Source: Cenococcum geophilum (Eukaryota). From it: a stretch of 64,000 nt of DNA. Position numbers and translations under genes: made by a program. The stretch lies in NCBI GenBank assembly GCA_050273025.1, contig CP158636.1, positions 6,200,001 through 6,264,000 of the forward strand. Direction: 5' to 3'. The notes below the pieces were generated by a model, which saw nothing but the letters and a program-made list of their open reading frames with translations, searched no databases and had not been told where the DNA came from. Below, piece after piece: positions 13,336 through 25,500 of this stretch (positions within the stretch are counted from its first letter, which is position 1; every line of letters starts with the position of its first letter).

Positions 13336-15248
13336 CTGCTGTTGTCCAGAGGTCGAATCTAATAATTCGCGCAGGACCAGCGGTGTGAAAAAAGGGACAG
13401 ATGTGTCCGGTTGATGTATCTATAAAGGTACCACGAGGGATCGATCATGTAGTGGTCGTGTTCTACAGTCGCGGTATGCTGTATGCACCGTCCGTTCGCA
13501 AAGTGTCAGGATAAGGTTGTTGGTGTGACGGGAGACAGCGTAGTACTGGTGGAGGGTTGGACCCGTTTCCACAGTTGAGTTGGTCAAGGGGACTCGGGGT
13601 CACTGCCTGGCCGCCGTCGGAGGTCGGAACTGTCGAGACATACATAGTCGGATTTCAAGTGTTATACAGGTTATGAGGATCTGAGCAGGGATTGGACGGG
13701 AAACTGTGATAACTAGATTATCTCGACGAGGCGTCCATAGACGTATGAAAATTGAGAAATTGGCGTGGCCTCGTTGGTCGCTAGAGTTTGGGTTGCAATG
13801 CCTGTCAGATGGATGCGCATTGCAGGCCGAGTCCTTGCTCCTCGGACGAGTCCATGGGTGGTGGGCGAATGGGATGGCGGGGTGCCTGTGGAGTGCTTGC
13901 CCTACTCTAGAACGCAAACGGGCAGAAGTTGCCGGGGGGAATTTGGGGGGGGGAACTTGAAGGGGATTTGGGGAGGGCGCAGGGTGCAGCAAGGCGTGCG
14001 ACAGTTCTGCAAAGTGCCAATTGAGCAATTGAGCGGAAGAGAGCTCTAGGCCGGCTCATGGCGTGCAGTTCATACTGGTGCGTGATGAGGCAGGGCGAGA
14101 ACTCGCTTCTACCAAGCCGCCAAACCAGGAATTTGGGGGACTTTGGAGCAGCTTCACTGACGGCGAGCAAGCCCGCCCGCACGCGCTTAAAATATATCTT
14201 GGCGCAGATCATAATGCAGCCGTTGCGCCTTGTCAACGCCTCAGTGTCAGCTCACATGGTGGACAAGATGGCCGTCGCAGGTGCCCATTGCCGTTCTAGC
14301 CTGACGGCTTCGCGCGGCACGGCTGCGGAAGTCGTGCCAGGTAGTCCAGCGTGCCAGTAGTCCAACGTGCCAGTAGTCCAACGTGCCACAAAGCCCAAAA
14401 GCGTGGGAGACAGAGCCAAACGCCTGGGGTTTGCCGGTGAGCCCAGCAGCCGGCTAGTGGCATACTGTAGTCTTTCTTCGCTCTAACCCAGCACTTTCCG
14501 CTCACGTGTACCTAAGATAACTACGTAGAGAGTCTAGCCCCGACAGGTGGTATCAAGACGCCAGGGAACAAACCGTAAGCAGAAGTAAATAAATGAAACG
14601 CCTCTAGCTCGTACAAGCAGTGAAGCCAACGCTCTGGCCACAGGCTGTCGTAATTCGGACGTCGGAAGAGCGCTGGGTTGTGGTGGGTTGCGGTGAGTTG
14701 CGCCCGGTTGCGGCCGGTTTAGGTAGCTGGTGTGTACCGCAAGTCGCAGTGACATGCAAAGTTGAATCGCCGATGAGACGAGAATGATCGACAGATCCGC
14801 CTCCAGCATTTCGGCGCTAACCCCCAAAATCGCCTCGGCGAACGTCCACAATAGCCAAAGCCAACAACCACCCGGAGCCTATCGTGCCCAACACACACAC
14901 ACAGACACGCAAAACAACCTGCCCGCTACCAAGTAAACAGGATAATTCTCAATTCCCAATTGGACATGCTTTGACCCATCCGTTGTGGCTTGGGGCGAAC
15001 ATTGCTTCCTCTTACACTTTTCGCCACCCTCGCTCTGCACAACCCCCTCCCCCCAAAGATACTGGTTATACTCCCAAAGTGCCCTCTTCTCCGCCCCGCC
15101 ACTGCAATTCGCTCGTATTCGTCTGCAATATTGGCCAGGTGCAGGCTTTTCCACCTCACCATCCTCTTCAAGACCCAACTGGCTTTCTGCACCCTGCATT
15201 AGTGACCACACATCTGCAAAAGGCCCAAGCAGACGGCGCTATAACGAG

Positions 15249-17662
15249 ATGCATACACAAGGCGACTTGCCCTCGCTTAGAGCGTCAGTGAGGCTGGGTG
15301 TACGTACCCACAATCTTCCCCTCCGATAGGTAGAGTCTCTAACATTGTATTACCTGATAGGGTAAGGATTCGAAAATCGCAAGTCAGTCGCTATATCGTT
15401 TTTATTTTTATTTTTATTTTTTACTTCTTGTCAATGCGTACTCATTCTATTAAGCTCCTTGGTATGACGTCAAATTTTATCCCTATACATCGGCTGGCGT
15501 TGGTCCGGTCTTTGCCGTCGTAGGGGATCGAGATGTTCGTCCACTTTCTCCTCCTCTCCGTGTATAATCTTATACTGTCTAGACCGTCGTATGTCGCTGT
15601 GTCTTTGAAAAGGGTAAAGCCATCGAAGTCATTCGTTGGTTCAAAGATGACGATGAGGTAAAACTTTGCCTTCTTCATACCTGGAGGAGATCGCAAACTA
15701 AATCAATTCTCCGGAGCTAGAACGCCTCGTTGAATAGTGTCGAGTGGTCGCAAAGCCACAGTGGAGACCCGTTGGTATGCATTGCTGGCGGTGTTCCGAA
15801 AATTAAGATCCTGAATGTCAAGACTGGTGAGCTGGTTACGGTATGTCCGACAGTGAATTCACTGAGATCTTCTTCCTGTCGAGGAATGGGCTGATGGGAA
15901 GGTAGACTCTTACTGGACATGGCGCTGTGAGTATTTCCATTCCATTGATCTAGTTTACAAAGAGTCAATCTTCTGTTTCGTCTTCGTTCTTCTGTTTTAA
16001 CATGATTCTAGTTAATCAATGATCTGGCTATTTCGCCAGTTTCCCCTCGAATACTTGCATCTGGGTCTATGGACCATTCGATACGAATATGGAGTCTAGA
16101 TCCTGCTCATGCGAAGAGTCCTACCGCCGTGAAATGTGGTGGAGAAGGACACAAGGAAGGCGTGTTGACTGTGGTATGTTATGGAAATCAAACAACTTCT
16201 TAAGCAGCGACAGCTTACCTTCATCAGGCGTTTCATCGTACAGGTCGATATCTCCTTTCTGGTGGTATGGACACCATCGTCAATCTTGTCAGTTCATATT
16301 CATGGATCATACCCAGGAATCTAGAACTCGGTCACTAATTCAGACAGTGGGTAATACCTGAATTACCAGACGGGAACACTGGAACAGACAAACCAACCCT
16401 CATCCACTATCCACACTTCTCAACAACAGAAATTCATACAGATTTTGTTGATTGGTGAGTGGTAGTTAGAGCACTCTTCTATTCCTTCAACAATGCTGTT
16501 TTTCGTAGAGAGAATCTCTTGTCCTTTTCTTTCGCAATCACTGTTATAAACCACACCCGCTTATCCCGAGCAAAACATGTCGCTCTAAAGATACGATTCC
16601 ACCATCACCGCTCTCACAAGCCCTTCAGCACCCAAACGCCATTCCCCACCAACCCTCCAAACCCACCCAATACCCCCCTTCCTCTCTCACCACAAAAAAC
16701 CCCCCAAACCCCAAACCCCACCCTCTCAACCCAACTAACCATCTCCACCCACCCGCAGCGCTCGCTTCTACAACGACCTAATCCTTTCCCGCTCCGCCAA
16801 AGAAAACAAGCTCCTCCTCTGGCGCATCGACCATTTCACCAGCTCCACGCCTCCCCCCCCGCCCTCCGCAGCCCCGATCCCCTCCTCCGCCACCGCCACC
16901 TCCACCGCCAACGACTCTAGCGGCACCCGCTCCGCCTGGGGCGGCCGCTTCCAGCGCCTGCTGCAGTTCGACGCCCCGCACACGAACCTGTTCTACATGC
17001 GCTTCGGGCTGTTTCATGAGCACGGGCAGAGGCCCGCGCTGGGGCTGGGGAACGAGCGGAGTCGGGTTTTCTGGTGGGATCTGCAGCGGCTGGAGGAGGG
17101 GCCGGCGGAGGGCGAAGGCGGGTTTAAGGTGCCGGGGAAGAAGGGGAGGAGGGATGGGCCTGGGGGGGGAGCCGGCGGAGGGCTGTTGGGGCTGGGAGTG
17201 GGTGGGGGGAGCAGGCCCGGCCTGGGGCGCGAGGAGAGCATTGCGAGTAACGTGTCGCATGCGAGTTCGGCGGCTGTGTCGTCGGCGGCGGCGTCGGCGG
17301 CGTCGTCGGTGTCGGCGGATAATGGTCAGGCGGCGGCCGCAACCGCGGCTGCTTCGGTTGGTAATCCGGCTGCTGCGCCTGCGACTGGGTTGGGTGATTT
17401 GGCTAGAGAGAAAGAAAGGGAGAAGGAGAAGGAAAAGGAGGTGGCGGCGAAGGAGGGCAGAGTCGTGAAAGCGAGTGTTGGCGTTGGCGATCCGTTCCAT
17501 CCCATCCCTGCGCATAAGAGTGTTGTGGTGGGGAAGGTGACGTTTGCGACAAGGCAGATTAGTTGGAGTCGTGGTGGGGAGTGGGCGGTGGCTGTTGGGG
17601 ATCAGGGCATGGTGTGTCTGTTTCGGCGGTTGGAGGATGGGGCTGGTGGGAGTGCTTCATAA
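15249..17662 (+). CDS. eed: Polycomb repressive complex 2 WD40 subunit EED/ESC; about 10 exons
   Basis: Spliced peptides WYDVKFYPYT..VFAVVG, LNSVEWSQ..GDPLVCIAG, TLTGHG, INDLAISP..ILASGSMDHSIRIWSL, GHKEGVLTVAFHRTGRYLLSGGMD, IHYPHFSTTEIHTDFVDC, FYMRFGLF, GDPFHPIPAH, RQISWSRGGEWAVAVGDQG match fungal EED. Nine GT..AG introns, the last ~300 bp (~16455-16758). Start codon inferred. Confidence 0.88.
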
Positions 17663-18219
17663 AGGAGAGGAAGTGGGGAATAGGTGGGAAGGGGGGAAAG
17701 AAGGAGAACAGGAGAGAAAGGGTAAAGGAGGGGGGTTGGGATGGGTCACGTTGAGTCAGGAGAGTATTGGTGGTCTTGGTTAAGTCTGGAGATGGCTTGA
17801 CATTCTCAATCTAGACCCGCGCTTTTCAGGCCGAGAGAACATGCCAGCTAGATATCCCTCCCTTTCATCTGATATGTCTGACTCGTCTATCCAGCCCAAA
17901 TTTCACCCTTCCATCCTCTTTCCCCACTCTAACCTCTTCGTCGTCCCAGATGCAGTGCCGATTTCCAAGGAGAGTAACCATTCACATATGTAACCAAATG
18001 CGGAAGTTAAGAGACAGCTGTGAAAACAATTCCCGGAATTTAGAAACCGAATCCCATGATGATGTCCCCCCTCTCTAAAAGATAAAAATACCAGAACGAA
18101 AACGCATGTGACTGCCTGGAAGATGCTGTGTCCTTGCCAATCGCAAGCACACCGCCTCTCTACACCTCTTCGTGAGAGCGCGCCGAGCTATAAAGAGGTG
18201 GTGTACTTACTTGTAGGTG

Positions 18220-18422
18220 TTAGGTTAGCTTACACTGACCATCATTGCCGGAATCGTTCTTGATGCTCTTCTTGATTACTGCATGGTCCATTTTCCACAA
18301 ATTTTTATCCAGCTCAATCTCATCAGGATCTACTTTCTCGAGAAAGTATATCATGATATCGGAAACATTCTTGACGTCTTCCCAATGTTTGTTCACGTAA
18401 ATTGAATCGTCTATCAAAAATA
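18220..18422 (-). pseudogene. 3' fragment (vWA-like exon) of a kinase-vWA pseudogene split by the hAT element
   Basis: Reads VFLIDDSIYVNKHWEDVKNVSDIMIYFLEKVDPDEIEL directly after the AG in the TSD; resembles the start of the vWA domain in fungal kinase-vWA proteins (VFxIDxSxSMxxHW...DPDGIEL). Confidence 0.6.
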
Positions 18423-19542
18423 CCTGAATACAGTGTGTTCGACAGGCAAGCCGCTCAACGAGCGCGCCTGCGATTGATTGATTAATAATCAATTAATCGC
18501 AACCAGGAATTGTCATTAAGTAATTAATTGCAACTATGAATTCTCATTAAGCGCCTGCGATTGATTGATATAAAATCTCACTAACAGAGGTGGTTCGTGA
18601 TAGACTTTTGGTGTTGAGGTGTCTGATTTTGATGAGGTGTGCAGCAATTAAATACGCCAAGATTAACAGGTTTAGCGTAGTCTGCCACTAGAACGCGTTT
18701 TATTAGCTGTATTTGCTTGCGCCTATCCCCATAGAGTTTTCTTAATTGTCTTCCAACCTCCATTACCTTAACTACCTCTAATACTATGTCTCTTAACCCC
18801 TTTCAACGAGCTAAACGAAGGCCTAGAACCTCGCCCTTACCCTTACTATCTTTATCATCATCAAATTTGACACCGTTAACGCGTAATTCCCCTATTCTAA
18901 TTAACGACGCGCCTAAATCGCAGGGTAGTGAGGCACCTAAAATACCTACTTTACCTTAACCAACTCTATTAAATACACGACTGGGCAACGCTATAGCTTC
19001 TTATATCTTTACAATTAAGTAGGACGAGCTTCGCTATGATTTAAATCTATTAAAAGAACCTTGCTATTAAGCCAGGCACAAGCGGCACGTTAATACTGGT
19101 TTTACACCCTCACTAATCTATAGGCATGGTGCAGATATTAAGGATAAAAAGGGTAGGCGCTGGTGGGTTTATAAGCTCTGCTATATCTCTAAACAATACT
19201 AGGAGGGCGTATATCTATTAAAAAGTACTACCAAAGCAGCAAGGCATATAAGAAAACGGTATAACATCACTACCACATAAGACAGCGGAAATATTAAATT
19301 ATTAACGTCTCTACCAGGCAGCCCTTTTAAAGTTGCTATTACCGCAACTCTAAAGCCTACTACTAAATCTAAAGCAGCGAACTCTTAAATACTATTTAAC
19401 AGCGAGAAATATAATTAAAATTATGTGGATTGGATTATTGCTAATAATATAACCTTTTAGCAGGTATGTAGCTTACGGCTTAAGAAGCTACTTACTATAC
19501 CTTATTTAGCTACTACCTTAACTGGCACTATTAGTGAATAGG

Positions 19543-22500
19543 TGTAAGGGATATTATTGCGGACACCTTAGGTTGCCCTTAGGACAACCCCTAGACGCCC
19601 CTTAGATAGTCGCCGGTCACGTGCCGGAGGCACGTGCCTATAGTATATAGTCTCCACGATTCTAGAGGCCTTACCTCCTTAAGGATTCGTCTCTCTCACT
19701 AATCTATTTTATTCCAATCGTGTCCTTATAGCCCCCTGTCTATAAGATCCCCTTATATTCGAATTCTTTTTACTCTTTTTTAAAAGGGTAGTCGGCTTTA
19801 AGGACCAGATTGTTTATTTATATTATTTATTTATAACTACTATTTTCCCTTAAAATCTCGCGATAACCTAAACGGAAACTCTACGGATACCTTATAGAAA
19901 GCCATCGCGTAAAGGTAGGAAGGTCCCTCTAATAGCGAGAGATTGCGATAATATAACCCTCTAGGTAAGACGGCTGAACGAGCCCTAATACCTAGATGCT
20001 CCAGGAGCTTAAAGACTCTTATACACCTACGGTTACCGGCAACGCTAAGGAAAATATAGATACCCTCTACAACGGTTATAATACTGCTAGAAAGCAGCTA
20101 GAACCCCTCTGGCCCTACCTAGGCTAATTAGAAGATTAAGCGCTAGAGGCAACTCTAAAATCTTTCCCTAAGCCAAAAATGCTAGAGGAATATACTAATA
20201 TATTTAACTAGGGAACTAACTGGAACCCTCCCGGAAGATTACCGGCCTATAATTAGTATAGTGGTGGTGTATAGACTGCTTACGAGCTAAGTGGGCCTAC
20301 CCCTTTAGATAATCTAAGCCAATTACTAACTTAAGACCCGAGCCCCGTTAGGAAGCCTATACTAGCTACTAGTACTAACACTACCTCTATAGCAGGAGCC
20401 TCCCTAGGCCCGAGTTTAGAAGGTTAAGAGCCCTATACCAATCTCCTTTAAGATAAATATTAGGAAGCTGTCGCAAGGCTCTTAGAAGCTATGTGGGAGG
20501 AAGCCACTAATAAATATATTAGAACCCTCTAAGGGCAAATCTAGATCTAGTAGGGTCTAATCTAAGCTAGATAAATTCTTTTATAACCTAGTTAAGGTTA
20601 AGGGCTTTTTAGGGGCTACCTAGTACTTACCTAAAAAGGTATAGAAGACTTAAAGAGGCACTTATATAATAAATGGAAAAAGGATATAAACTAACTAGCT
20701 AAGGCCTCTAATAGTCTAGAACTTCATTATAGACCTAATGCTTAATAGCTAGACGATTGGGTTCGCAAGGTAGATAACTTCTTTAAGATGCTAATAATAT
20801 AAGATAATACTAAAGAGCGTATATGCTGGATTATTAGCAAGATTAAAGACCGATTGCTAAACCAGATCGCGCTTAATTAACTCAATAAAGAGTAAATTAT
20901 AATATGGCTATAGCTATAGACCTTCCTAAAGGGTTAGACCTAAGATCCGTATATTATATAATATAATAATGCAGAATAATTCTAGAATGGTACGCAGCTA
21001 GACCATTAAGACTTCCGCTAGTTTATAAACTTCGTAGAAACTTATACTCAATAGATAGATCTAGAGCCCTTTAAAAACAAAAACGGCAGCGTCCGTAAGA
21101 AGAAGAAGATTAGATTTATCTAGGCTAGAATTAAGCTAGTAATTCGTGATAAAATAAAGCGCGTAGGAGCCCTACCGCAGATTACCGTATATGCGGATTT
21201 TAAATGAGCGGTTCTAAACGCTAAGGATGCGGTAAGGAACCAGACCTCTTCCAGTAGGAAGCTAGGGGGTTACTAGAAGCGCGGGCACTCTAGCAGTAAC
21301 ATAGGGTAGATTTAATCTTTAAAGAAGCCGTTCTTAAAGAGAATTTTAGAAGGGTTAAAGTTAGGAACCTTAAATAACGGGAAAGACTCCTAGGGCCAAC
21401 CCGATACCCGTCTAGCACCTTTATAGGAACACTCTAAGAAGTTAAGAGAAAACTCTAGAGGTAGATCTTATTGGAAAAACAAGCAGGGTAATAACCGCAC
21501 TAATAATCTAAAAAAAGAAAAGCCCTAGTTACGGACCTCTCCCGGCTATAACTAGGGCAAGATATAGAAGGAGAGACTCTCCGTATTGCTATTAAGCTAG
21601 AAATAACACTCCCTATAAGTAAGGTATAATAGTTCTAAGTACTATATAACAGCGGCGCCGAAATTAATCTTATATAATATGATTTGGTAAAAGAGCATAA
21701 ACTTATCCTATTGTAAAGGTAGCGGAAACCTATTATAGGCTTCCTAGATAAGTATCGGATTAAACTATATAGTGCCTATAAGCTTATAGTATTAGTGGCT
21801 AATATACATAACTGCACTAAGGTAGTTGGCCCGCAACCCTTTTAGGTAGCTAACTTTGTAGGTTATAACCTTATCCTTAGATACCCTTAGCTAGCGGAAG
21901 CAGATCCTAAGATACGCTTTAAGACTAGAGCCTTTAAATGGTGGAACGATAAAGATTTAGAAGGGCGTATATTACTAATAAGCCTAAAGGACATTCTAGA
22001 GAATGTAGCCCTAGGTGAAATAGTATACGCTTTATACCTAAAGGAGTATCAGATCTAACCCCTATTTGGTAGCAAGATGGGTATAGAGCTTAGTATAGGT
22101 AATAACCCCTTTATAATGGAGACCCTACGGGGAACTGCCGGATAGGTCGCGGAGATATTATAGGGAGGCGGCGATCTTAAGGATCTTACGAGATACTTTA
22201 ACCGCTATAAATTACTCTAGCTTAAGTAATATACGGAGAGTATGCTACGGCACCTCAAACGCTGCGTTAAGGAGTTCCCTACCCTCTACTAGCTACCGCA
22301 TAAAACGGTTTAATATACGGTGGCAACTATATATAAGCAACCACTATAGCGTATAACGCTGCCTATAAGTATTTTAAGGGAGCTCTAGGACCTACCTAAT
22401 AATAACACAAAGGACAAACGCGACCCCGATTTGTTAAATATCCTAGCAGGCCTAAGGGACTTACTAAGGGTATTTTCGGGTAGGAGAGTAAAAGTCCTAC

Positions 22501-25500
22501 TATAGAACTTGGAGTACGATTATGTAATTAATTTAGAAGAAGGCAAATAACCGCCGAACCTTCCTATCTATAACCTCTCGCGTAAAGAGCTTAAGATCCT
22601 ACGGGAGTACCTTAATAGGTCACTGGAAAAGGGGTGGATCCGGCCTAGTAAGTTGCCATTAGGTGTATTAATCCTCTTCGTCCTAAAACTAGATAGAACT
22701 ATAAGGCTATGCGTAGACTATCGCGGTCTTAATAAGATTATAATTAAGAACCGTTACCTACTACTACTGGTTAGTGAAATGCTGGATCAACTATTTAGGG
22801 CGAAGATCTTTATAAAGCTAGATCTATAAGACGCCTACTATAGGCTCCGTATTAAAGAAGGGGATAAGTAGAAGACCGCTTTTAAGACCTAATACGGCTA
22901 CTTTAAGTATCTAATAATGCCTTTTAGGCTAGCTAATGCGCCTATAATATTCCAATCGTATATTTACAGAGCCTTAGGGGGACTAGTCGACCATATATAT
23001 GTCGTCTATTTAGATAACATCTTAATCTATTTAGAAGATGAGGATTAACACAAATAATACGTCCGCGAAGTGCTGGAACGTTTAGATAATTAGGGCCTCT
23101 ACGCTAAGGCGTTAAAGTATGTCTTTAATACCAAGCAGGTTAAGTTCCTGGGTTATATTATAACGCCTATAGGTATAGTTATAGACCTAGTATAGGTATA
23201 GACAATTTAGGAGTAGCTAGAGCCAGAGAGCTACTAGGATATTTAAGTGTTCCTAGGCTTTGCCAATTTCTATAGGCGCTTTATCTATAACTACTCGGAT
23301 ATCGCCTAATACCTATCTAACTATATTATAAAAGCTTCCCAAGACCTAACCTAAGGAGTAAAAAGCTTAAAGGCGGTAAGGAAGAAAACTAAGAAGGGAC
23401 TAACTAAATAGTATAAGCTATGGTTATGGCCTAAAAAGGTTTAGAAGGCCTTTTAGGAACTTTACGCAAAGTTTACGGAAGCTTTATTGCTGCGGCATTT
23501 TAACCCAGATTAGCTATTAATAATAATCACTAATATATTGAATTTTGCCCTTACTGGTATCCTATTATAACCTAATAGGCATCCGGATGCTACCTAGCTC
23601 TATTAGAGACCAGTAGTATTTTATAGCAGAAAATTCTAGGGACCTAAAGTTAGGTATTATACCCACGATAAGGAACTACTGGCTATAGTTAACTGCTTTA
23701 AACAGTGGCGACACTACCTTGAGTACGCGAGCTATACCACTCGTATACTCTTAGATTACTATAATCTATACTACTTTATAACTATAAAGGAGCTTATACT
23801 TTAATAAGCCAAATAGGCAGAGGAGCTTACGTAATTTAATTTTGAGATTAAATATAAGCTAGGGGAAAACAACCCTATTAATGGACCGTCACGACGGCTA
23901 GATTATACTAAAGGCTTTAAAACGGGAGAAGGAAAACAGATAATAAATATCTTACTCCCTATATTGTAGAACAAGCTCTAGGTATAGGATGCTTAAACAC
24001 CCATAGCTCTATATACCGAGTCTCAGGCGGTGTAAGCCCTATTGGTTTCTACTAACGTTCCAGCTGGTACCTGGTCTGTTACTAATAAGGGTCCGAATAT
24101 ACCTAGATAGGACGTCCCTAATATATTCTTAGAACCTAGTAATATATTATCTCTAATTGCTAAGCTATCCCCTTAAATAAATAGCGAAGCTATAGAGCAA
24201 TTGGAACTCGGAGCCCTATAATAACTAAAGGACTTTAACCTTGTAGCGGCCTTCCTAATATACGCGTATTGAAGAGTTGCAAGATCTATAATACTATCTA
24301 GTCTTGTACTTAGAGTAGTATGGGATAAAATAGCTTTTACCTAGGAACCATTTAAAGGGTTAACGGATCTCATCCGTAAGGTATAATAGAGGGACGCTTC
24401 CTATACCATTCTTAATACGGAAGTAGACCGGAAACGTGACGGAAAGGAAGCTACTAGGCGTTACTATTAGGAACTAGACCCGATGGGCCTACTACGTAGA
24501 GGTAGTAAGGTTTGGGTGCTATAAGAAGTAAATCTATAACAGAAGATTCTTATAAAGAATTATAATAATCCTCTAGGCGGCCACTATGGTTAAGTAAATA
24601 TAGTAGAATTACTTTAGCGCAAATACTATTAGTTAAGGCTTAATTAGGAAGCAAAGGAGTATATCAGCTATTACGAGAAGTGTTAAGTATATAAGATCCG
24701 TAGGTATAAGCCATAGGGTCTACTTAAATTAGTTCCCCCCGCTAGTAAGCTATAGCAATATTACGCTATGGACTTTATTACGAATCTCCCACTATTTAAA
24801 GATAGCTAAGGATGAACATATAATTCGGTCCTTGTACTTATTAATAGGTTTTTAAAGTACGTCTAATACCTTCCTGTTAATAAGACGATTAACGTATAAG
24901 AGCTCGCCAACCTAATTAAGGAGAAATGCTTTCTTAAAGTAGATTAGCCGCACTCTATTATTACTAATAGGGGCAGCGTCTTTATAAGTTAGTACTAGTC
25001 GGATCTATGCTTCCATTTAAAGATAGACTACTAGTATAGTATAGCTTTCTACCTGTAGACGGATGGGTAAACGGAACGCTAGAATTAGGAACTGGAGTCT
25101 TACCTATAGATGTATTTAAACTACTAGTAAGATAACTAGTGCGAGCTACTTCCGTACGCGGAGTACGCTTATAATTTAAAGTAATATATATTGTATAAGT
25201 ATGCACTAATCCAGATTGCCTATAGCGTTTAACTATTTAGGTTTAATAGTATACCTAATGATTACTAGCTAAGGCTGTATAATTAGTTATAGGATCCTAC
25301 CGGGAAGTCTAAGGATATTTACTAGAGAGTATAAGGATACCTCTAGGAATGGGAGGAGTAATAGAAGCATGCGAAGTAGAGCCTATAAAATGCTCAAGAG
25401 TAGTAAAGACTTTAGTATAACCGTAAGCACTAGAATAAGCATTTCGGAGTAGGCGATGAGGTTCTATTATGTTTAATAAATATTAAGACCCGTCGACTAT

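Noticed and set aside
13463..15211. Numerous 60-140-aa ORFs and a 16-bp x3 repeat (gtgccagtagtccaac, ~14335-14388)
   Set aside because: Overlapping in all frames with no domain signal; most simply the divergent promoter/UTR region of the PAS gene and EED.
16778..17515. 245-aa antisense ORF and Arg-rich alternative frames over the last EED exon
   Set aside because: Shadow ORFs of GC-rich, low-complexity coding sequence.
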